DNA from: Synergistales bacterium
GTDB lineage: Bacteria; Synergistota; Synergistia; Synergistales; JAFGMB01
Assembly: GCA_963666205.1 (NCBI GenBank)
Contig: OY762654.1
Coordinates: 1,664,001 to 1,728,000, forward strand
Reading direction: 5' to 3'
Length of the DNA: 64,000 nucleotides
The first letter of the stretch is position 1. Each line of letters starts with the position of its first letter. The notes under the pieces are model-generated. The model saw only the letters and a program-made list of their open reading frames with translations, had not been told where the DNA came from and searched no databases. The translations under genes and the position numbers were made by a program. This document shows, piece by piece, positions 57,091-64,000 of this stretch.

Positions 57091-58472
57091 GATACAGATA
57101 ACCTTCTCTCAAACACTTTTTCGAAGAGCTGACCCTTTTGAAGGGCCCTTTCTCTCTCTTCTTCCGATGGATGATGGACCATGCAGTGCAGGTTAACCTT
57201 AGCTTCATCCACTTCGCAGAAAATATCCTTTACATTGTCCAGATGTTCCCAGTCCAGACCATCCGCTATTCTTATTATAGATGCCAAGGATTTAACCACA
57301 TTTCTATCCTTCTCTGCAAGTTCCCTGTAATGGGAATGTTTAATGTCCGGATCAGCCTTGCGATGGTATCTTGCGATGGAAGCTACCATAAGGCGCAGTC
57401 GGTTATCGGGAATGACTTCTTCGGCCTTCAATACCATTTCCAGGGCCGTTTTGTGATGCCCTTTCTGTCCCTTTACCCAGCCGATATCGTGTAGATTGGC
57501 TGCCAGTTCCAGCGCCAGACGTCCTTCTTTATTTATGCAGTGGAGCGGGAGAAGCTGATCGAAGAGGCTCAGCGAGAGTTTTGCCACCTGTCTGCAGTGG
57601 GGTGCATGGATGGGAGCATTCTCTTCGAGATATGCCCGGGCCCTCTGCACCGACGGGTCTTCCTCCGGTATACCCGGGTCTCCATTCTCGTGAGGGTCGG
57701 TTACGCAGGGATCACTTTCGGTCTTTTCTTCAGGGGGGTCCACGTCATCCAGGTTTCTGCCCTGGAGGAACATCTCCGAGAATGAGGAGGGCAGTCCTTT
57801 GTTCTCTAACTCAGCAACTGTTTTTTTAACGTCATATTCCACCCTGTAGTGGTCGATCCGGAAAAATCCCGACTTGATCTGAAGGATCGCATAAGAAGCT
57901 CTGGGATCGCCATCATCGGGACGTCCTACACTTCCGGGGTTCAGGAACCATGTTCCGCCGATCTTCTTTGAGAATGCTTCGTGGGAATGGCCAGTGATTA
58001 TTATCTGGGCATTTGCCAGATGGGCCAATTCGGTAAAACGCTCGTCGGAGGTGTCTTTACCCAGGTGTTCGCTTATGCTTGTAGGGCTTCCGTGGGTGAC
58101 GAGGATAGTCTTGTTCCCTGTGACGAATGCTTTCCTGGCCGGAAGTGAGGAGAGATAGTTTCTGGTTTCGGGACCAAGCTGTTCGAAAGCCCACTGGAAG
58201 GCTTTCCACTTCTCGGGGCGTTTCTTCTTTTTCCATTCCTCCAGTTTCTGCTCTACTTTCAGCACTTTTCTGTCGTAATTTCCTATAACGCTAACTGTCT
58301 CTTTTCCCATGAGGAGCTTTACGGTCTCCTCCGGACATGGACCGTAGCCAGTGTAGTCTCCAGTATTGATTATGATATCCGCTCCCCTGTCGGTCAGGTC
58401 TTCCAGAACGGCCTCAAGAGCGGCCAGGTTTGCGTGAACATCTCCGATAAGGGCTATCTTCATTTCTCTCAC
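57075..58472 (-). CDS. Metallophosphoesterase fused to a Ppx-type HD domain
   Basis: GDVHAN, TGD, GNYD, HGSP, GHSH, NPGSVG; C-terminal LHDIG...RYHRK...RIADGLD. Confidence 0.88.
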   Translation of the reverse strand: MREMKIALIGDVHANLAALEAVLEDLTDRGADIIINTGDYTGYGPCPEETVKLLMGKETVSVIGNYDRKVLKVEQKLEEWKKKKRPEKWKAFQWAFEQLGPETRNYLSSLPARKAFVTGNKTILVTHGSPTSISEHLGKDTSDERFTELAHLANAQIIITGHSHEAFSKKIGGTWFLNPGSVGRPDDGDPRASYAILQIKSGFFRIDHYRVEYDVKKTVAELENKGLPSSFSEMFLQGRNLDDVDPPEEKTESDPCVTDPHENGDPGIPEEDPSVQRARAYLEENAPIHAPHCRQVAKLSLSLFDQLLPLHCINKEGRLALELAANLHDIGWVKGQKGHHKTALEMVLKAEEVIPDNRLRLMVASIARYHRKADPDIKHSHYRELAEKDRNVVKSLASIIRIADGLDWEHLDNVKDIFCEVDEAKVNLHCMVHHPSEEERERALQKGQLFEKVFERRLSVSWDQI

Positions 58473-58481
58473 CTTCCAATA

Positions 58482-59477
58482 CTAAAGGTCGGCCGGGACC
58501 TTGTCTTCAAGAAGGTCGTAACCGGAACGAAGGGTGTTTTTGAGTTTTTCCCAGAAGTTTTCAGAGATCAGCCTGTCCCAGCATTTCAGGAACTCTTCAT
58601 ACAGTTTTTCCCTTGAGTTTCTTCGTTCTGACAGTAAATGCTCTATTCCCCTTTTTATTTTAGGAATGGGTCTGGAATGGCCGTAGTACTCCATGGTTCT
58701 GCGGGTCTCTTCCTCGATAAAACGGGGAAGAAAGTCGGACCACACATCGCAGTCATGTATATCTCCAATAAGGGTCTGCAGGTTCTTCACTTCTTCTATG
58801 TAGGGCTTTAGTTGCGTATTATAGGGCAGGTCGTAGAATTCGAGGGTGTAACGCAGACGCTTGGCAGATTTTCTAAGTGCATGGATCTGTTCTACGTTTA
58901 CTGGGTCACGTACAAAATCATCGTAGCTGAGAGCATCGGCCATTCTCTCCATTCCCCTATCCACGGCAGTGCTGAATATGGACTCCGAAAGAGGGGGTAC
59001 TTCCTCTACCCTTGCTTTTCCCAGCACTTCGCGGAAGCACTCCATCATGTTCTGTTCCACTCCGCTGTTTACAAAGCGGTCGATAGCCTTTCTGACCCGT
59101 TCCTGAAGGGCTTCCCTGTTCTGTCTTATTCGCAGACAGAGTCTCTGAACGCCTCGTTCCAGGTCGGAGTCGGCCGTGTCTTTGAGCGATTCTTCCAGTA
59201 CCAGCAGCTGCACATCCGCATCCCTGGCTTCACCGAGGGCCCTGGTTATCCGTTTTATCTCCTTTTCCCAGGCCTGGACCTGGTTTGCCGGGAAACATGA
59301 GGCAAACAGGGGCAGGGCGCTTCTCAACCTTCTGGTTGCCACCCTCATTCGGTGAACGTATTCCGTATCCTCAAAGGCGTGATCTCTCACCCCATCGATT
59401 TCTGCGGTCAGCCTGCCCAGGTGCTTGAGCAGGGTTCTGGCGCCGAAGGCACAATAGGACAGGTCGATCTTACTCAA
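58482..59477 (-). CDS. CHAD-domain polyphosphate-binding protein
   Basis: VHRMRVATRRLRS, LGEARDADV, HALRKSAKRLRY, GDIHDCDV. Confidence 0.92.
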   Translation of the reverse strand: MSKIDLSYCAFGARTLLKHLGRLTAEIDGVRDHAFEDTEYVHRMRVATRRLRSALPLFASCFPANQVQAWEKEIKRITRALGEARDADVQLLVLEESLKDTADSDLERGVQRLCLRIRQNREALQERVRKAIDRFVNSGVEQNMMECFREVLGKARVEEVPPLSESIFSTAVDRGMERMADALSYDDFVRDPVNVEQIHALRKSAKRLRYTLEFYDLPYNTQLKPYIEEVKNLQTLIGDIHDCDVWSDFLPRFIEEETRRTMEYYGHSRPIPKIKRGIEHLLSERRNSREKLYEEFLKCWDRLISENFWEKLKNTLRSGYDLLEDKVPADL

Positions 59478-59480
59478 GAG

Positions 59481-61646
59481 CTATTCCTCCTCTCCCAGGT
59501 AATTCCATCCTCCTTCATGGCTCATCATAAGAGCCTGGGAATCAATAGGGATGCTTCCATCCCTGAGAACCTTTTCATAGTTCCCATCGCTTTTAAGGCG
59601 TCTTCCCTTTACGTTGTCTTTCAGGTGGATCTCCAGTATCTCCGAATAGATCCTGTTTCTTAGGTTTGGATTTTCGATGGGTGTAAGGACCTCTATCCTT
59701 CTGTCCAGGTTGCGGGGCATAAGGTCTGCACTTCCAATGTACATCTCATCCCTGCCCCCATTGCGGAAATAGAATATACGGATATGTTCGAGAAAACGCC
59801 CCACGATGGAGGTTATCCTGACGTTGTCGCTTATTCCTTCAATACAGGGGACAAGACAGCAGATACCCCTGATCTGAAGATCTATCTTTACCCCGGCCAT
59901 GGAGGCTCTGTAAAGGGCCTTTATACATTGTTTATCCACCAGCTGATTCATCTTCATGGCTATAAAGCCATTACCTTCCTCAAGGTGTCTTTCTATTTCC
60001 CGATCTATCCGTTTTATGATCTCATTCCTGGTGGATGTGGGAGAAACCAGGAGTTTCCTGTAGTTTTCCTTGTAGGAGTAGCCTGTCATGGCGTTGAAAA
60101 GATCTGTTACATCCGCGCAGATATCGGGGTCACAGGTGAAGAAACCCATGTCAGTGTATATTTTTGCCGTATCTGGGTTGTAGTTACCAGTTCCTATGTG
60201 AACGTATCTTTTAACACCCGTTGATTCCTTTCTAAGGATGAGACACAGCTTGGCATGGATCTTGTAACCTGCAAATCCGTAGACAACATGAACGCCTGCT
60301 TCTTCAAGGGCACGGGCCCAGGTTATATTCTGTTCCTCGTCAAACCTGGCTTTTAATTCCACCATTACAGTAACCTGTTTACCATTTTTACGGGCTTCCA
60401 TAAGAGCTTTGACTATGGGGGAATTGCTTCCAACCCTGTAAAGAGTCTGTTTGATGGCCAGAACCTTCGGGTCTCTGGCAGCTTTGCGGACAAATTCAAG
60501 GACGGGGGAAAAACTGTCATAAGGGTGGTAAAGGATTATGTCATTTTCCCTGATCATTGGGTGAAGAGAAGAACCTTCTATCAGGGGGGCAGGTATACGG
60601 GGAATATAGGGACTGTATTTCAGATCGGGCCTGTCAACGCCATAGAGCCTTAGAAAGTCGGAAAAAGCCAGGGGGATCTTTGATTTATATATCTGAAAGG
60701 GAGCAAGTTGTAGCCTTTTCATCAGGAACCTGTACATATCCGAGGGCATGCCGGTTTTTATCTCCAGGCGGATAGCCTCTCCGAAGCTTCTCTTCTCCAC
60801 GTAGTCTTCAACTGCCTCAAGAAGGTCGTGAGCCTCATCTTCCTCAATTTCAATATCAGTATTCCTGGTGACCCTGAAGGTTGAGGCATTGAGCACCTCA
60901 AGGCCCGGGAAAAGCATACCCAGATGCTGCATAATTAGATCTTCCACCAGTATTATCTCGTTGCTCCGGACATTTACCGAAAAACCGAGGTTCGTATAGG
61001 TCTTGGCTTCCTTGTTACGGGGTATGAAGACAAAACGGGACAGGTTTTTGGGGATCTTGACCCTGGCAAATTTCACCCCGCTGTATGGATCGCGAAGCTG
61101 GACCAGGAAGTTGAGACTGAGGCCCGAGATCCTGGGAAAGGGGCGTCCGGGATCGATGGCCTGTGGGGTAAGGACGGGATATACCTCATCCTCGAAATAT
61201 CTTTTCAGAAAAACTTTATGTTTATCCGTAAGGTTCTTATAGCTGGTGATATGTATATTGGCATCATGGAGAGCCGGGCTCATCTCTTTGTTCCAGTAAT
61301 CCTGGGCCAGTGCCAGCTGTGGGATAAGTTTTTTCCTTATGAGGGTAAGCTGTTTCGCAGGGGAGAACATATCAGGGGAGGAACTGCCTACCCCCTCCTT
61401 GTACTGACGCACCAGGCCTGCGATTCTGACCATGAAGAACTCATCGATGTTGTTGAAGAAAATTCCCAGGAAGTTAAGTTTCTCCAGGAGCGGGTTCGAA
61501 ATTTCCATGGCTTCCTCAAGGACCTTGTAGTTGAAGTCAAGCCAGTTGATCTCCCTGTTAAGATATAGTCTCGGGTCGTCCAGATCTACTATGGGATTTT
61601 CTTTTTCAACGGTTTTCAGGGAATCCTTCTCCTTTTTATGGGTCAT
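59481..61646 (-). CDS. ppk1: Polyphosphate kinase 1
   Basis: NREINWLDFN, HPYDSF, ELKARFDEEQN, KIHAK, GTGNYN, SADLMPRNLDRR. Confidence 0.97.
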   Translation of the reverse strand: MTHKKEKDSLKTVEKENPIVDLDDPRLYLNREINWLDFNYKVLEEAMEISNPLLEKLNFLGIFFNNIDEFFMVRIAGLVRQYKEGVGSSSPDMFSPAKQLTLIRKKLIPQLALAQDYWNKEMSPALHDANIHITSYKNLTDKHKVFLKRYFEDEVYPVLTPQAIDPGRPFPRISGLSLNFLVQLRDPYSGVKFARVKIPKNLSRFVFIPRNKEAKTYTNLGFSVNVRSNEIILVEDLIMQHLGMLFPGLEVLNASTFRVTRNTDIEIEEDEAHDLLEAVEDYVEKRSFGEAIRLEIKTGMPSDMYRFLMKRLQLAPFQIYKSKIPLAFSDFLRLYGVDRPDLKYSPYIPRIPAPLIEGSSLHPMIRENDIILYHPYDSFSPVLEFVRKAARDPKVLAIKQTLYRVGSNSPIVKALMEARKNGKQVTVMVELKARFDEEQNITWARALEEAGVHVVYGFAGYKIHAKLCLILRKESTGVKRYVHIGTGNYNPDTAKIYTDMGFFTCDPDICADVTDLFNAMTGYSYKENYRKLLVSPTSTRNEIIKRIDREIERHLEEGNGFIAMKMNQLVDKQCIKALYRASMAGVKIDLQIRGICCLVPCIEGISDNVRITSIVGRFLEHIRIFYFRNGGRDEMYIGSADLMPRNLDRRIEVLTPIENPNLRNRIYSEILEIHLKDNVKGRRLKSDGNYEKVLRDGSIPIDSQALMMSHEGGWNYLGEEE

Positions 61647-61753
61647 GCTGGAACCTCCAATTGCTTTATTTATATAGATAGATATCCTTATAAAAACAAG
61701 TTAGCATTATATAGTTAATCTATTATAGCGCTATATTAATTCGATTAAAATAC

Positions 61754-61785
61754 ACCCAGCGGCAGGCTTAAGCCTGCCGCTGGGT
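61754..61785. terminator. Perfect 32-bp palindrome between the LpxH-like gene and ppk1
   Basis: ACCCAGCGGCAGGCTT-AAGCCTGCCGCTGGGT. Confidence 0.6.
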
Positions 61786-61820
61786 ACAAAGAGGGAAAAC
61801 AATTGCTTCAAGGAGGCGCT

Positions 61821-62693
61821 TTATTGGATCAAGTCCTTGGCTAAGGAGCTTTCTGTGATAATAACAGGCTCGGACATATGATGTCGGACCAGCGGTTCCA
61901 AGGTTCCCTTCTGTCTGTAGGCCATTTCCCCATCAGCAGTTATTATGGGAATACCCTGTTTTTCAGGTCCGAACCATCTGATAACCTCGAAAGTTCCATC
62001 CATATGTTCAACCAGGGCAGAGCAGGTCTCTACCCAGTCACCCGTATTGAAGTAGCTGATATTTCCCACTTTCCGGAGGGCAGGACGGTGAATATGACCG
62101 CAGATTATTCCGTCCACTCCATTTTTATCTGCTGTCTTAAGGAGGTAATCTTCGTATGTTCCTATGTATTTCACAGCATCCTTTACCTTGTGTTTCATGT
62201 ACTGCGAAAGGGACCAGTATTCCCTTCCGAGGATCGACCTGAGTCTGTTAAAACCGCAGTTGACCCATAGGGCAACATCATAGGCATAATCTCCGAGAGT
62301 TGAAAGCCAGCGGTTGTATTTCACTACAATGTCGTATTCATCTCCATGAACCACAAGAAATTTACGCCCATCCAGTGATGTGTAGAAAGCCTTTTTACAG
62401 ATCTTGATATGTCCAAAGCTGTACTGATCGAACTCGTCCATAAATTCGTCATGATTTCCGGAAATATAGGTAATTTCAGTGTTTTTTGACATCTTGAGAA
62501 GTTTCTGGATTACCTTGTTATGAGACTGGGGCCACTTTGATCTTCTTTTTAGCTTCCATCCGTCTATGATGTCTCCCACAAGGTATAATTCTTCGCATTG
62601 TATGGAGGATAGGAAAGAGGAAAGGTATTTCGCTTTGCACCATCTGCTACCGAGGTGAGTGTCAGAAATGAATACCGAACGGAATTTCATCAT
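61821..62693 (-). CDS. LpxH-like metallophosphoesterase (paralog of 41028-41777)
   Basis: SDTHLG, VGDIIDGW, GNHD, HGD, GHIH, NTGDW. Confidence 0.9.
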   Translation of the reverse strand: MMKFRSVFISDTHLGSRWCKAKYLSSFLSSIQCEELYLVGDIIDGWKLKRRSKWPQSHNKVIQKLLKMSKNTEITYISGNHDEFMDEFDQYSFGHIKICKKAFYTSLDGRKFLVVHGDEYDIVVKYNRWLSTLGDYAYDVALWVNCGFNRLRSILGREYWSLSQYMKHKVKDAVKYIGTYEDYLLKTADKNGVDGIICGHIHRPALRKVGNISYFNTGDWVETCSALVEHMDGTFEVIRWFGPEKQGIPIITADGEMAYRQKGTLEPLVRHHMSEPVIITESSLAKDLIQ

Positions 62694-63862
62694 ATCACTC
62701 CTGTCCCTGTGGGTGTCCTTTCCCTGTCAGGCAGGTGGAATATTCCTTCAACTTTAGAAAGATCACGGCGGATAACTCTTTTTACGATGTTGGAAGATGC
62801 CATTGGCCGAGCCAGTTCGCTGCATCTGTTTTTCATTTTTTCGATTTTTTCCGGATAGTGGAATAGTTGGCTTATCCTGTTAAGGACATCTTTGATATCT
62901 TCGCAGAGGCAGCCGGCCCCCTGGCTGTCCAGAAATATCGCGTTCTTGGTCTCCTGAAATGGTATGGGGGAGAAGAGGATCATGGGAAGCTGAGCGCAAA
63001 GGGCCTCGGAAATAGTAAGACCACCCGGCTTGGTTATCATCAGATCTGCCTTTGTCATCAGCTCATCCATATTATCCACGAAGCCGTGAATATTTATTCT
63101 GACGGGAGGACAGCTGATGAAATCCTTGAGCTTGTCGAAGAGAGCCTCATTTCTCCCGGTTATTATTTCAAGATCAAGGGGAAGTTCAAGATCGTTCAGC
63201 CCTTCGAGAATGGAAAATACTTTTTTGTCGGAGATGGAGCTACCTGAAAAGAGGATCCGCAGTCTTGAATCCCTGGGACCGCTTTTCCTTGGCAAGTTGC
63301 TGAATTTTGAATTCACAGGTATACCGGTAATATTGATCTTTTCTTCATCAACACCCAGATGTATAAGTTTATCCCTTATGTTTCTGTTGGCCACGAAGTA
63401 TTCATCAACTCCATGGCAAAACCACATGAGATGGAGGTCAAAATCAGTTATACAGCTATAAACCTGGCCAGAATAAAGACCTCGAGTTTTCATCTTTGCA
63501 AGAATAGCCTGGGGCAGAAAATGAGTGCAGATAACGGCAGGAGGGTCATTATCCGTTATAAAGCTTCTGAACTGGTTAAGACTTATCTCGCTCAACCGAT
63601 CTACCAGCTTGACAAGGTTGCTTTCCTCTCTGTCCTGATCAGTGAGTTTATATATGGCTCCGCAGCTTGAGTGAGAGTGTTCACCGATGACCTCGTAGAT
63701 ATTTGAATAGATCATTCTGAAAACCCTGTCGGAGAAATTAAGAACATCCACCGTTACGCAAGGTTTATCTTCTCTTTCGAAGGCTTCCTTCAGCGACATG
63801 GAAGCTGACCTGTGTCCATTTCCTGCTGTTACATAAGGCAAAAGAAAAGGTTTCATTTTCAT
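62690..63862 (-). CDS. MGDG-synthase/UgtP-like diacylglycerol glycosyltransferase (GT28)
   Basis: GNGH, CTHF, ITDF, TGIPV, TKPGGLTISEA, PIPFQE. Confidence 0.88.
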   Translation of the reverse strand: MKMKPFLLPYVTAGNGHRSASMSLKEAFEREDKPCVTVDVLNFSDRVFRMIYSNIYEVIGEHSHSSCGAIYKLTDQDREESNLVKLVDRLSEISLNQFRSFITDNDPPAVICTHFLPQAILAKMKTRGLYSGQVYSCITDFDLHLMWFCHGVDEYFVANRNIRDKLIHLGVDEEKINITGIPVNSKFSNLPRKSGPRDSRLRILFSGSSISDKKVFSILEGLNDLELPLDLEIITGRNEALFDKLKDFISCPPVRINIHGFVDNMDELMTKADLMITKPGGLTISEALCAQLPMILFSPIPFQETKNAIFLDSQGAGCLCEDIKDVLNRISQLFHYPEKIEKMKNRCSELARPMASSNIVKRVIRRDLSKVEGIFHLPDRERTPTGTGVI

Positions 63863-64000
63863 CTTCCTTTGTTTATTCTTGGGTTAAATTTAACTCATTG
63901 TGGTAACAGGAATATGAATTTCAGGTAACAAAAAGGTTACAGTCCAGCTTAAAGAAATTTATGGTTTACGAACCTTCTTTTTACAGGAAATGGCCTTAAG

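Overview
Bacterial chromosomal window, most likely from a Synergistota genome (inferred from five Synergist-CTERM-type tails). (1) 1-38.7 kb is a large, heavily rearranged flagellar cluster. The export, basal-body, motor and hook genes look intact. Every chemotaxis gene I can find is damaged: cheA, cheR and cheX are pseudogenes, cheY is degenerate, and there is a probable chemoreceptor remnant. A non-canonical HD-GYP gene sits inside the cluster. (2) 38.8-43.4 kb holds a decayed LpxH-like remnant, a GGDEF diguanylate cyclase, an intact LpxH-like phosphoesterase and a two-domain PPK2. (3) 43.4-55.5 kb is the most striking part: a tandem array of five secreted surface-protein cassettes. All end in an almost identical GGxCNxG-TM-RR/RK sorting tail. 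All are preceded by the same paired GGGAC-N4-GTCCC operator/-10 architecture, and four carry a c-di-GMP-I (GEMM) riboswitch with a predicted ON-type expression platform. Six copies of a ~100-bp trailer repeat delimit the cassettes. The array shows recent gene conversion and mosaicism, one riboswitch carries the A20 substitution associated with 3',3'-cGAMP recognition, and no recombinase is present. (4) 55.5-64 kb holds a polyphosphate operon (ppk1, CHAD, metallophosphoesterase-HD, ppx) plus an LpxH-like gene and an MGDG-synthase-like glycosyltransferase. No tRNA, rRNA, CRISPR array or transposase was recognised. All calls come from reading motifs by eye; no database searches were run.
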